Part shown: positions 9,407 to 19,128 of the stretch, one piece after another | Numbering within the stretch: position 1 is the first letter of the stretch | Layout of the letters: each line of letters starts with the position of its first letter | NCBI GenBank assembly: GCA_947474005.1 | Contig: CANJHI010000007.1 | Location: 4,070-68,069 of the forward strand | DNA from: Alphaproteobacteria bacterium | GTDB lineage: Bacteria; Pseudomonadota; Alphaproteobacteria; Reyranellales; Reyranellaceae | Length of the DNA: 64,000 nucleotides | Reading direction: 5' to 3' | Position numbers and translations under genes: made by a program | The notes under the pieces: model-generated | Told to the model about the DNA's origin: nothing | The model's input: the letters and a program-made list of their open reading frames with translations, nothing else | The model's database searches: none

Positions 9407-10123
9407 TTAGCGCTGAAGCGTTTCCATAAATCTCGCCCGCGCGGGAGGCAAGGGCTTGTTGTGTGGCCAAAAGACATGCCGCTCGAGGAAATAGCCCGTC
9501 AAATCGAGGCCCTGGCGCAATTGCTCGTCGTCGGACGGCAATCCGCCGGTGGACAGAAAGGCCGGCAGCGCCAGCAGCTTCTCCTTGTAGGGACCGGCCG
9601 CCGCGCGCGACACCGCCCGCCCGGTCTTGGGAGAAACATAGGCCAGATCGTCGGTGGCGCCGGTCGCAGCACATTTTTCCAGGTCGAGGCCGAAGCCCAG
9701 CTCCTGCAAAAGGCCAAGCTCCAGGCGGACGTAGATCGCGGGCCAGCCGGGGTGGCCCAGAGCACCCAGGAAGGCGCGGAAGCCGTCGAACATCGCGGGA
9801 TGCAGCTCGCGTTCGGGCAGGGCCGTGTCGGCCACGGCGCAGGCGGCGGACAGGCCGGCCAATTCGACTGCATCGTCCAGAGCACGTGCGGCATGCGGTT
9901 CCCGCAGCTCGCCGGTGTAGTTGCCGAGCTGGTCGGACAGGCGCGCCCGCCATCCGACTTCGACGACATTGCCGATTTGCCAAACCGGACTGGATCGTCG
10001 CGAGCCGCCGCCTGGCACGAAGCCTGCGTGACGGCCATGCGCCCGGGTCAGAAGCGACACAATGAGACCGCTTTCACCATGGGGCCGTGCCGACAGCACG
10101 ATACCTTCATCGCTCCAGTCCAT
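9407..10123 (-). CDS. recO: DNA repair protein RecO
   Basis: MDWSDEGIVLSARPHGE start; YVSPKTGRAVS; conserved rnc-era-recO order. Confidence 0.95.
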   Translation of the reverse strand: MDWSDEGIVLSARPHGESGLIVSLLTRAHGRHAGFVPGGGSRRSSPVWQIGNVVEVGWRARLSDQLGNYTGELREPHAARALDDAVELAGLSAACAVADTALPERELHPAMFDGFRAFLGALGHPGWPAIYVRLELGLLQELGFGLDLEKCAATGATDDLAYVSPKTGRAVSRAAAGPYKEKLLALPAFLSTGGLPSDDEQLRQGLDLTGYFLERHVFWPHNKPLPPARARFMETLQR

Positions 10124-10163
10124 GTCTCGGGTATGCCGCGTTTGGCGCGTTCGCGCCAGCGGA

Positions 10164-11084
10164 CTAAGGCTCGTAGTCGAGCCCGATGGTACGGTAGTGG
10201 GCCGGGTCGTCGGCCCAGCGCTCGCTCACCTTGACGTGCAGGAACAGGTGCACGGGCCGCTCCAGCATCTCGGCGAGTTCGCGCCGGGCGCGGGCGCCGA
10301 TCTGCTTGATGCGCGCCCCACCCTTGCCGAGGAAGATCGCGCGCTGACCGTCGCGCTGCACATGGATCGTCTGCTCGATGCGGACGCTGCCATCGGGACG
10401 GTCTTCCCACTTCTCCGTCTCGACCGCCGCCTCGTAAGGCAGCTCCTGGTGAAGCTGCAGAAAGACCTGCTCGCGCGTGACCTCGGCTGCCAGCAGACGC
10501 AGCGGCAGGTCGGCGGCCTGGTCCTCGGGGTAGAGAAACGGCCCCGCAGGCAGGAGCGCCGACAGCGTCGCCAGGACGTCGCCTACGCCGTCGTTCTTGA
10601 GCGCGCTCACCATGAAGGTGCGCTCGAACGGCAGCAGGGCGTTCAACTCGGACGTAAGGGCCAGCAGGTTCTCGCGCGGCACGACATCGATCTTGTTGAG
10701 GATCACGAAGCGCGGGGCCCGCGAATCCTTCAGCCGCTCAATGATGGCGCGTGTCTCCTGGCCGATGCCGCGCTCGGCGTCGACGACCAATGCCACCAGA
10801 TCGGCATCCTCGGCGCCGCGCCAGGCGGCAGCCACCATGGCCCGTTCCAGCCGGCGCTTGGCGACCCGGAAGATGCCGGGCGTATCGACCAGAATGGCTT
10901 GCGCGCGGCTGCCATCGGTGAGATCCGCCATGGCGATGCCGATCACGCGCATGCGCGTGGTCTGCACCTTGGGCGACACGATGCTCACCTTCGATCCGAC
11001 CATGGCGTTGACCAGGGTCGACTTGCCGGCATTGGGGGCGCCCACGATGGCCACGAAGCCGGCGCGCGTATTCTGTGTGGTCAT
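10164..11084 (-). CDS. era: GTPase Era
   Basis: GAPNAGKSTL, DTPG, NKID, EVTREQVFLQLHQELPY, C-terminal KH domain. Confidence 0.97.
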   Translation of the reverse strand: MTTQNTRAGFVAIVGAPNAGKSTLVNAMVGSKVSIVSPKVQTTRMRVIGIAMADLTDGSRAQAILVDTPGIFRVAKRRLERAMVAAAWRGAEDADLVALVVDAERGIGQETRAIIERLKDSRAPRFVILNKIDVVPRENLLALTSELNALLPFERTFMVSALKNDGVGDVLATLSALLPAGPFLYPEDQAADLPLRLLAAEVTREQVFLQLHQELPYEAAVETEKWEDRPDGSVRIEQTIHVQRDGQRAIFLGKGGARIKQIGARARRELAEMLERPVHLFLHVKVSERWADDPAHYRTIGLDYEP

Positions 11085-11839
11085 GCCTGGCTCAAACGTT
11101 CGAGAAGCGAGATTGCCGCCAGGCGTTCGGCCTCGCGCTTGCTGCCACCACGCGCCTGCGCGGGCTCGTGCCCCTTGACGGCGACATCGACGACGAACAG
11201 TGGCTCGTGCGGCGGCCCTTCGCGGCCGACCTCACGGTAGGCCGGAAGCGGCAGCCGTCTCGCCTGTGCCCATTCCTGCAACGCCGTCTTGGGGTCGCGG
11301 GGTGCAGTGGCCTGGCTGGTCAGCCGATCGCCCCACAGCTTCTGCACGCACGTGGCCGACACGGCAAACCCGGCATCGAGGAAAACGGCGCCGAGCAATG
11401 CCTCCAGCGCATCGGCGAGAATGGTCGGACGCACCGAGCCGCTCTGCGCGCGCTCCGAATCTCCCAGTCTGATATCCGCGCCGAGCCCGATCGCCGTTGC
11501 GATTTCAACCAGCGTCTCGGCGCGCACAAGCCCTGCATGACGACGCGCCAGCTCACCCTCGTGCTCATGTGGGAAAAGGCGGAGCAGCAGATCGGCTACG
11601 GCGAGCGACAGCACCCGGTCGCCGAGGAACTCCAGCCGTTCGTTGCCGTGGGGAAATGCGGCCTTCAAGTCGGACTGGCGATCGAGCGCACCGCGGTGGG
11701 TGAGCGCTTCGGCCGCCAGTTCGGCGCGCCCGAAAGTATGGCCGATCTTGCCGGCCAGTGCCGCGAGATCGACTTCGGTCGGCTTCAGTGGATCGCCATG
11801 AAGAAGCGATTGAAGCGGATGGCCTGCGGCCATTTCCAT
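11081..11839 (-). CDS. rnc: Ribonuclease III (true start uncertain, 11788-11839)
   Basis: NERLEFLGDRVL signature; DPKTALQEWAQ dsRBD. Confidence 0.95.
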   Translation of the reverse strand: MEMAAGHPLQSLLHGDPLKPTEVDLAALAGKIGHTFGRAELAAEALTHRGALDRQSDLKAAFPHGNERLEFLGDRVLSLAVADLLLRLFPHEHEGELARRHAGLVRAETLVEIATAIGLGADIRLGDSERAQSGSVRPTILADALEALLGAVFLDAGFAVSATCVQKLWGDRLTSQATAPRDPKTALQEWAQARRLPLPAYREVGREGPPHEPLFVVDVAVKGHEPAQARGGSKREAERLAAISLLERLSQA

Positions 11840-12609
11840 GGCTCAGTCCAGCCGGCGACAGCCGGATCATGGGAGAAGAAGATGAACTCGGCCCGGCCGA
11901 CGAGATTCTCGGAGGGGACGTACCACCCGAGCTGGTCGCGATCGCGGGTCGTTCCGGAGAAGTCGCGCAACATAAGGCGCGTGCGGCTGTCGAGCGAATC
12001 GTCGCGATTGTCGCCCATGACGAAATAGTTGCCGGCGGGAACGAGGAACTCCGGCGTGTTGTCGGACGGACCATTGTCGTTGTACTCGAGCACCGTATAA
12101 CGGCGGCCGTTCGGCAACTGCTCGCTGTACAGCGTGCCCTTCTGATATTGGCCGTTGGTGCCCCTCACGTAATCGCCAATGCGCAGACGCGGCACTGCCG
12201 TTCCATTGATGTGGAGCACGCCGTTCGTCACCTGGATCCGGTCGCCCGGCATGCCGACGATACGCTTGATGTAATCGGTGCGGTTCACGCCCTGGCCCTG
12301 GTCGCCGGGATACTTGAACACGGCGACGTCGCCACGCTCGGGAGGGCTGCCGAATATGCGGCCCGGAAACAGGCCCATCGAGAACGGGAACGAGTGCTTG
12401 CTGTAGCCGTACGAATATTTCGAGACGAACAGATAGTCACCGACCAGCAGGGTCGGGATCATCGAACCGCTGGGGATGTTGAACGGCTCGATGGCAAAAG
12501 TCCGCACAACCAGCGCAATCAATACGGCATAGACCACCGTCCGGATGGTTTCGCCCCATCCGCCGGTCTTGTCCTGCCCACGCTTTCGACGCTCAGCCAC
12601 GTCCGTCAT
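11785..12609 (-). CDS. lepB: Signal peptidase I
   Basis: IPSGSMIPTLLVGDYLFV catalytic Ser, YIKRIVG catalytic Lys, GDNRDDSLDSR. Confidence 0.96.
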   Translation of the reverse strand: MTDVAERRKRGQDKTGGWGETIRTVVYAVLIALVVRTFAIEPFNIPSGSMIPTLLVGDYLFVSKYSYGYSKHSFPFSMGLFPGRIFGSPPERGDVAVFKYPGDQGQGVNRTDYIKRIVGMPGDRIQVTNGVLHINGTAVPRLRIGDYVRGTNGQYQKGTLYSEQLPNGRRYTVLEYNDNGPSDNTPEFLVPAGNYFVMGDNRDDSLDSRTRLMLRDFSGTTRDRDQLGWYVPSENLVGRAEFIFFSHDPAVAGWTEPWKWPQAIRFNRFFMAIH

Positions 12610-12786
12610 CGCCGTTCCAGTTCAAACGAGCCGCGCCTATAGCAGGGCCGGCAGCCCATGTCTCCCGCTCCGAGGGCACATGAGAGTGCTGCAAATTGAT
12701 CATTTCAAGGCCACGCCAATCCGGCCGAATCGCCCTCAAGACCGATTGCGCGGTATGTGCGTCAGTGGCCTGCGGCCGACGGTCGC

Positions 12787-13188
12787 TCACGGCTGGGGCA
12801 CGCCGGAAATGATCACGATGGCCTGAGCCAGGGGATATTCGTCAGTCAGGGTGAGATCGATCTGGGCAGACATTCCGGCCGGCGTGATCTCCAGCAGGCG
12901 CGCCAGCGCGCCACCGCTCAACGCCATCGTCGGCTTGCCGCCGCGTTGATTGATGACACCCATGTCACGCCAAAAGACACCCCGGCGGAGTCCGGTGCCC
13001 AAGGCCTTGGAGCATGCTTCCTTGGCTGCGAACCGCTTGGCGTAGCTCGCCGCCCGCGTGGCCTTGCCCTCCGAGCGCTTTTGCTCCGTTTCGGTGAAAA
13101 TGCGCTGCACGAAGCGGTCGCCGAACCTCTCCAGCGACTTCTCGATACGCCTTATGTCACAAAGGTCGTTGCCGATGCCGATGATCAC
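12787..13188 (-). CDS. acpS: Holo-ACP synthase
   Basis: [16 protein letters not shown] start (GTGA overlap with pdxJ stop); [17 protein letters not shown]. Confidence 0.96.
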   Translation of the reverse strand: MIIGIGNDLCDIRRIEKSLERFGDRFVQRIFTETEQKRSEGKATRAASYAKRFAAKEACSKALGTGLRRGVFWRDMGVINQRGGKPTMALSGGALARLLEITPAGMSAQIDLTLTDEYPLAQAIVIISGVPQP

Positions 13189-13937
13189 GCGGCCGTCCCC
13201 GATCCCCGCGCGGCATCCATGAGGCGGCGCATTTCCCGGATCGCAGGCTCCAGGCCGACAAAGATCGCCTCGCCAATCAGGAAATGGCCGATGTTGAGTT
13301 CGCGCACTTCGGGAATCGCGGCAACGGGTCCGACATCGCCATAGCTCAGCCCATGCCCGGCATGGCACTCGAGCCCGAGCCGGGCGCAGAGGGCCGCCGC
13401 CTTCTGCAATCGCACCAGTTCTACCTGCTTGGCAGCGCCGTCCAGTTCGCAGTACCGGCCGGTGTGCAGTTCGACGACCGGCGCCCCCAGCACCACCGCG
13501 GCCTCGAGTTGGCGCGGGTCGGCCTCGATGAACAACGACACGCGAATACCGGCATCGCGCAGCCTCGCGACCATCGGCTTCAGGTGATTGTGCTGACCGG
13601 CCGCATCGAGCCCACCCTCGGTCGTCCGCTCCTCGCGCTTTTCGGGGACGATGCAGGCCGCATGCGGACGATGACGCAGCGCGATGTCGACCATTTCGAT
13701 GGTCGCCGCCATCTCGAAATTGAGCGGCACCTTGAGGTCGCGCATCAGGCCGGTGATGTCGTCATCGACGATATGCCTCCGGTCTTCACGCAGGTGCGCC
13801 GTGATGCCGTCAGCGCCGGCGACCTCGGCGAGACGCGCGGCCCGCAGCGGGTCGGGCAGATGGCCGCCGCGCGCGTTGCGCACCGTCGCCACGTGATCGA
13901 TGTTCACTCCAAGACGCAAGCGGGACTGCGCGGACAT
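13185..13937 (-). CDS. pdxJ: Pyridoxine 5'-phosphate synthase
   Basis: [40 protein letters not shown]. Confidence 0.97.
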   Translation of the reverse strand: MSAQSRLRLGVNIDHVATVRNARGGHLPDPLRAARLAEVAGADGITAHLREDRRHIVDDDITGLMRDLKVPLNFEMAATIEMVDIALRHRPHAACIVPEKREERTTEGGLDAAGQHNHLKPMVARLRDAGIRVSLFIEADPRQLEAAVVLGAPVVELHTGRYCELDGAAKQVELVRLQKAAALCARLGLECHAGHGLSYGDVGPVAAIPEVRELNIGHFLIGEAIFVGLEPAIREMRRLMDAARGSGTAA

Positions 13938-13972
13938 AAGTTACTTTCGCAAGATGAGGGCGGGAGGAATCG

Positions 13973-16150
13973 TCAATTGCGGGCGCGCTCGACGGCATTG
14001 ATGGCCGGTGTCGCGCGAAGTGCTGCGGTGATGTCGGCAAGATGCTTCACGTCCGCGACCTCGACGTCGATCACCATGTCGAAGAAATCCATGGAGCGAT
14101 TGACGATGCGCAGGTTCGAGATATTGCCTTCATGGCGGGCGATCACCGTCGACAGGCTCGACAGGCTGCCCGGCTGGTTGGCGACCGTGATCTTGAGGCG
14201 GCCGGTATAGGCGGTGGCCGCGCCCTCGCCGACCGAATCCCAGCCGACATCGATCCAGCGCTCGGGCGCCTCGGAGAAACTCTCGAGCGTGGCGCAGTCG
14301 ATCGTGTGGATGGTCACGCCCTTGCCGGTCGTGATGATGCCGACGATGCGGTCGCCCGGCAGCGGATGGCAGCAGCGGGCGAAATGAACGGCCATGCCCG
14401 GGATCAAGCCTCGGATCGCGATCTGGCCGGTCTCCTTCGTCCCCCTAGTCCCATCCCCGGCCTTCCCGGCCTTGTTCCGTGCCCGCGAGATCGGCACCAC
14501 GTCGGCGCCACCCTTGCGAGGCTGCTTCAGGCCCGGATAGACGGCCGTCAGCACCTCGCGCGCACCGACCAGCCCGGCGCCGACGGCGGCGACCAGATCG
14601 TCGGTGGTCGTCTGCTTGAAGTTGGCGCGCACGCCATCGAGGCCCTTTTCCGTGACCTCGTAGCCTTCCTCGTGGAATGTCTTGTTGAGCAGCGACTTGC
14701 CGAGCTGGATGTACTGCTCGCGCTGGCGCATCCGGATGAAGCGCCGAATCGCGGCCTTGGCCTTGCCGGTGACGACGAAGCGCTCCCAGGTCGGCGACGG
14801 CGTCTGCGCCTTCGATATGACGATCTCGACCTGGTCGCCGTTGGCGAGCTGGGTACGCAGCGGCAGCATCCGGCCGTTGATCTTGGAGCCGACGCAGGTG
14901 TCGCCGACCTTGCTGTGAACGGCATAGGCAAAATCGATCGGCGTTGCGCCCCGCGGCAGCGCGATCAGCTTGCCCTTGGGCGTGAAGCAGAACACCTGAT
15001 CCTGGAACATCTCGAGCTTGGTGTGCTCGAGGAACTCCTCGGCGTTGGGGGCCTTGTCGAGGATATCGATGAGGCTGCGCAGCCAGGCGTATTGCGGCGC
15101 ATCGGTCGACGGGCCGCCCTGCTTGTAAATCCAATGGGCGGCGACGCCGCGCTCGGCCTGGTCCTGCATCTCCGCGGTCCGGATCTGGATTTCGATGCGC
15201 TGGCCTAGCGGGCCGATGACGCCGGTGTGCAACGAGCGATAGCCGTTGGGCTTGGGAACCGAGATGTAATCCTTGAACCGCTGCGGCAACACCTGATAGC
15301 GGCCATGCAGCAGGCCCAGTGCCTGGTAGCACTGCGCGACGTCGTCCACGAGGATGCGGAACGCCATGATGTCGGCGAGCTGCTCGAACGAGACGTTCTT
15401 GGTCTGCATCTTGCGCCAGATCGAGTAGGGCGTCTTCTCCCGGCCCTGGATCTGCGCATTGAGTCCGCCGTCCTTCAGCGTCTTGACCAGCTCGGCCTCG
15501 ATCTGGGGAATCAGCCTTTCGCCGCGCTCGCGCAGATAGCCCAGGCGCGCCTCCACCGAACCCCGGCCGTCAGGATTGAGTTCGGCGAACGCCAGCTCCT
15601 CGAGCTCGCGCTTGACCTTTTCCATGCCGATGCGCGACGCGAGCGGCGCATAGAGCTCCATGGTCTCGCGGGCGATGCGCTTGCGCCGCGCCGGCTCCTT
15701 GATGTGGTGCAGGGTGCGCATGTTGTGCAGGCGGTCGGCGAGCTTCACGAGCAGAACCCGGATGTCCGACGACATCGCGAGCACCAGCTTGCGCAGGTTC
15801 TCGGCTTCCTTGGTGCTCTCGGATTGGATTTCCAGCCGCGACAGCTTGGTCACGCCGTCGACCAGGCGCGCGATGTTCTCGCCGAACAGGCCCGCGATCT
15901 CGTCGCGCGTCGCGTCGGTATCCTCGAGGGTGTCGTGCAGCAGCCCGGTAACGATCGAGGCCGTATCGAGTTTCATCTCGGCCAGGATGCCGGCCACCTC
16001 GACGGGATGGGAGAAATACGGATCGCCGGAGGCCCGGAGCTGATTGCCGTGTCTCTTCAGCCCATAGACGTAGGCGCGATTCAACGCATCCTCGTCCGCC
16101 TCCGGATCGTAGGACTGTACGCGCTCAACGAGTTCGAACTGACGAATCAT
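13973..16150 (-). CDS. spoT: Bifunctional (p)ppGpp synthetase/hydrolase Rel/SpoT
   Basis: Intact HD motif LLHDTLEDT; RFKD synthetase motif; TGS, ZFD (CCHPLPGD) and ACT domains. Confidence 0.96.
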   Translation of the reverse strand: MIRQFELVERVQSYDPEADEDALNRAYVYGLKRHGNQLRASGDPYFSHPVEVAGILAEMKLDTASIVTGLLHDTLEDTDATRDEIAGLFGENIARLVDGVTKLSRLEIQSESTKEAENLRKLVLAMSSDIRVLLVKLADRLHNMRTLHHIKEPARRKRIARETMELYAPLASRIGMEKVKRELEELAFAELNPDGRGSVEARLGYLRERGERLIPQIEAELVKTLKDGGLNAQIQGREKTPYSIWRKMQTKNVSFEQLADIMAFRILVDDVAQCYQALGLLHGRYQVLPQRFKDYISVPKPNGYRSLHTGVIGPLGQRIEIQIRTAEMQDQAERGVAAHWIYKQGGPSTDAPQYAWLRSLIDILDKAPNAEEFLEHTKLEMFQDQVFCFTPKGKLIALPRGATPIDFAYAVHSKVGDTCVGSKINGRMLPLRTQLANGDQVEIVISKAQTPSPTWERFVVTGKAKAAIRRFIRMRQREQYIQLGKSLLNKTFHEEGYEVTEKGLDGVRANFKQTTTDDLVAAVGAGLVGAREVLTAVYPGLKQPRKGGADVVPISRARNKAGKAGDGTRGTKETGQIAIRGLIPGMAVHFARCCHPLPGDRIVGIITTGKGVTIHTIDCATLESFSEAPERWIDVGWDSVGEGAATAYTGRLKITVANQPGSLSSLSTVIARHEGNISNLRIVNRSMDFFDMVIDVEVADVKHLADITAALRATPAINAVERARN

Positions 16151-16242
16151 CGCAATCACGCACTATATGGTGCGGATTGCGTCTACTCCACGACGATTGC
16201 ACGAATAGCAAGGCTGAGCCCTGCTAGGCCTCAAACAGGGCC

Positions 16243-16605
16243 TTATTCGGTGACGTCGTCTTCTTCGGCCATCGGCAGGGCCTTCGGCTGGGCGGCTTCG
16301 GCGCCGCCCTGGGCCAGGGCCGCGGCCAATTCCTGCTCGAGCTCGGCCATCTCGTTGACCTCTTCGGGCTTGTCGATGTCGGCGTGCTTCTGCATCCCCG
16401 AGATCAGCGAATCCTTGAGAACGGCCTGGTCGAGCTTGGTTTCGGCGATTTCACGCAGTGCCACGACCGGGTTCTTGTCGCGGTCACGATCCAAAGTGAT
16501 CTGGGCACCCGACGAGATGTCGCGCGCCCGCTGGGCGGCGAACATGACGAGTTCGAAACGGTTGGGTACCTGCACGATGCAGTCTTCGACGGTGACGCGC
16601 GCCAT
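16243..16605 (-). CDS. rpoZ: RNA polymerase omega subunit
   Basis: MARVTVEDC...NRFELV...DKNPVVALREIA; upstream of spoT. Confidence 0.97.
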   Translation of the reverse strand: MARVTVEDCIVQVPNRFELVMFAAQRARDISSGAQITLDRDRDKNPVVALREIAETKLDQAVLKDSLISGMQKHADIDKPEEVNEMAELEQELAAALAQGGAEAAQPKALPMAEEDDVTE

Positions 16606-16688
16606 GGCGACCTCTGATTTCCCGGGAGCGGCGGGTTATACGCGCCCCTCATCAAAAGGCAAGGGGCCCAAAACCCAGGCCGGCTGTC

Positions 16689-17219
16689 CTACAGACGCTC
16701 CGTGACCTGATCCGCCGGCAATGCTTCCAGGAGAGCCTGGATCGGCTCGCCGGTCACGGGATGGCGCCAGTGCGGGGCAAGATCAGCCAGAGGTCTCAGG
16801 ACGAACGCCCGACTGGCCAGGCGCGGGTGGGGCAAGATCGCCTGCCCCGGTCCTCCCGGGGCAATTTCCCTCCGGAAATCCAGTAAATCCAGGTCGATCG
16901 CGCGGGGGGCGTTGACGACCGTCCGGACCCGTCCGAAAGCCTGCTCGACGTCGTGGAGGATGGCCAGGAGCCTGTCGGGCGATAGGTCGGTGACCACTTC
17001 GATCACCGCATTCTGGTACCAAGGCTGGTCGGATACCGGCACCGGCGCGGTTTTATACCAGGGCGACACCCGCAAGACTTGTACGCCGCGCCGCGCGAGG
17101 TCCCTGAAGGCCGCCTCCAGCGTCTCGCGGGGCGTTCCATAGGACGGGTGATCCAAGTTCGCGCCGGCTCCGACGAATATCGCACGTGGTCCGGCGTTTC
17201 CCACTGGAATAACCCCCAA
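16689..17219 (-). CDS. folK: HPPK (2-amino-4-hydroxy-6-hydroxymethyldihydropteridine pyrophosphokinase); start uncertain
   Basis: GANL, SPWYKTAPV, NAPRAIDLDLL, LPHPRLASRAFVLRPL. Confidence 0.92.
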   Translation of the reverse strand: MGVIPVGNAGPRAIFVGAGANLDHPSYGTPRETLEAAFRDLARRGVQVLRVSPWYKTAPVPVSDQPWYQNAVIEVVTDLSPDRLLAILHDVEQAFGRVRTVVNAPRAIDLDLLDFRREIAPGGPGQAILPHPRLASRAFVLRPLADLAPHWRHPVTGEPIQALLEALPADQVTERL

Positions 17220-17348
17220 CTCCTTGTGATCTATGGGATAATACCATAAAGTTGATGTATCCTAGGAGGGATGCAGGTTAGGCGCTTCCTCCCACAAAAC
17301 AAATTTTTCGCTCGCTATGTGTATATTCTTTCAAAGGGATTAGCCGCC

Positions 17349-17987
17349 ATGAAAGGCAATTTTTACGACAACGAGCGGGTCGCTCTCTTCATAGACGGCG
17401 CCAATCTCTACTCTGCCGCACGGGCCCTCGGCTTCGACATCGACTATCGCCGCCTGCTGAAGGTGTTTCGCGAGAAAGGCCACCTCGTCCGCGCCTACTA
17501 CTACACGGCACTAGTCGAAGATCAGGAGTATTCGCCCATCCGGCCGCTGATCGATTGGCTCGACTACAACGGCTACACCATGGTCACCAAGCCGACCAAG
17601 GAATTCACCGATGCCATGGGCCGCCGCAAGATCAAGGGCAACATGGACATCGAGCTCGCCATCGACGTGCTCGAAATGGCCGAGCATCTGGACCATGTGA
17701 TCCTGTTCTCCGGCGATGGTGACTTCCGCCGGCTGGTCGAGGCCGTGCAGCGCCGCGGCCTGCGTGTGTCGGTGGTCAGCACCATCAAATCCTCGCCGCC
17801 GATGGTGGCGGACGAGCTGCGTCGGCAGGCCGACGATTTCATCGAACTTTCGGAGCTGGCCCCTTTGATCGCGCGCAACCCGTCGGAGCGCGTCGCGCGC
17901 CCCGCGACGGGCGCCGTGCCCAACGGCCGCGAAACAGATGACGACATCGACGACGCCCCGTCCGAGTCGCTGATGCGTTCGGCCTAG
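17349..17987 (+). CDS. NYN domain (LabA/DUF88) protein
   Basis: LFIDGANLY, KGNMDIELAID, LFSGDGDF; conserved position opposite folK-rpoZ. Confidence 0.92.
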   Translation: MKGNFYDNERVALFIDGANLYSAARALGFDIDYRRLLKVFREKGHLVRAYYYTALVEDQEYSPIRPLIDWLDYNGYTMVTKPTKEFTDAMGRRKIKGNMDIELAIDVLEMAEHLDHVILFSGDGDFRRLVEAVQRRGLRVSVVSTIKSSPPMVADELRRQADDFIELSELAPLIARNPSERVARPATGAVPNGRETDDDIDDAPSESLMRSA

Positions 17988-18000
17988 CACCCGCGGTCCC

Positions 18001-18654
18001 GTGGCCGCGCCACGTTTCGAGGAGCCGCCGCTCGACTGCCCGCGCTGCCCCAGGCTCGTTGCATTCCTGGACGAGCTTCGTGCCCTCCATCCCGATTGGA
18101 AGAATGCCCCCGTCCGCTCGTTCGGCGCGCTGGAGGCACGTCTGCTGATCGTCGGACTGGCACCGGGCATGCGCGGCGCCAACCGCACCGGCCGGCCGTT
18201 CACCGGCGACTACGCCGGCGACCTCCTCTATTCCACTCTGCTCAAGTTCGGTTTCGCCACTGGCACCTACGGTGCGGATCCGGCCGATGGGCTGCGCCTG
18301 GCCGACTGCCGGATCGCCAATGCCGTGCGATGCCTGCCGCCGGAGAACAAGCCCTTGCCGGTCGAATTCACGGCCTGCCGGCCGTTCCTGCAGTCGGAGA
18401 TAGCCGCCATGGCGAACGCCAGGGTCATTCTGGCTTTGGGCAAGGGCGCGCACGACCAAGCCCTGCGCTCGCTCGCCGTGCGGCCGGCCGCAAGTTATCC
18501 CTTCATCCACGGCCGGCTACACACGCTGCCGAATGGGCTGCTGCTCGCCGACAGCTATCACTGCTCGCGCTACAACACGAACACCGGGCGCCTGACGACC
18601 GCGATGTTCCACGACGTCTTTGCAGGAATTCGTCGGGTTCTGCCGGCAGCCTAA
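18001..18654 (+). CDS. Uracil-DNA glycosylase, family 5 (UdgB-like, Fe-S)
   Basis: CxxC near the N-terminus, GLAPGxxGANRTGRPF, VRCLPPENKP, HCSRYNTNTG. Confidence 0.9.
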   Translation: MAAPRFEEPPLDCPRCPRLVAFLDELRALHPDWKNAPVRSFGALEARLLIVGLAPGMRGANRTGRPFTGDYAGDLLYSTLLKFGFATGTYGADPADGLRLADCRIANAVRCLPPENKPLPVEFTACRPFLQSEIAAMANARVILALGKGAHDQALRSLAVRPAASYPFIHGRLHTLPNGLLLADSYHCSRYNTNTGRLTTAMFHDVFAGIRRVLPAA

Positions 18655-19127
18655 CGAAGAGCCGCTTCAACGGCCTCGGTGATCTCGCTTGACCGGGGGC
18701 GCACGCGGCTCGGCCAGGCGCCGAGCAGGCTACCGTCCTTGCCGATCAGGTATTTGTGGAAGTTCCACTTGGGCGCGGCGCCCTCGCCGGCCTGTGCCGC
18801 GATCCACTGGTACAGCGCATGGGCATCCGGCCCGATCACCTTCTGCTTGGCGGTGAGGGGGAAGGTGACGCTGTACATGCTCTCGCAGAACTTGGCGATT
18901 TCCGCCTCGCCGCGAGGTTCCTGCGCACCGAAATCATTCGAGGGTACGCCCAGCACCACGAGGCCCTTGGGACCGTAGATCTCGTGCAGCTCCTGCATAT
19001 CGGTGTATTGCGGCGTGAACCCGCAATACGAAGCGACATTCACCACCAGCACCGCCTTGCCGGCAAGGTCCTTCAGGTCCAGCGGCTTGCCGTCGATCGT
19101 CGTGAAGGAATAGTCATGAGCCGACAT
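18651..19127 (-). CDS. Cys-type glutathione peroxidase family peroxidase
   Basis: VNVASYCGFTPQY, VPSNDFG, FC resolving Cys, WNFHKYLI; ATG is 1 nt after the upstream stop. Confidence 0.93.
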   Translation of the reverse strand: MSAHDYSFTTIDGKPLDLKDLAGKAVLVVNVASYCGFTPQYTDMQELHEIYGPKGLVVLGVPSNDFGAQEPRGEAEIAKFCESMYSVTFPLTAKQKVIGPDAHALYQWIAAQAGEGAAPKWNFHKYLIGKDGSLLGAWPSRVRPRSSEITEAVEAALR

Positions 19128-19128
19128 G

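Noticed and set aside
12610-12786. Small ORF or heat-shock promoter in the acpS-lepB gap
   Set aside because: The ORFs here lack coding bias; CTTGAA is not at a convincing spacing from a sigma32 -10 element
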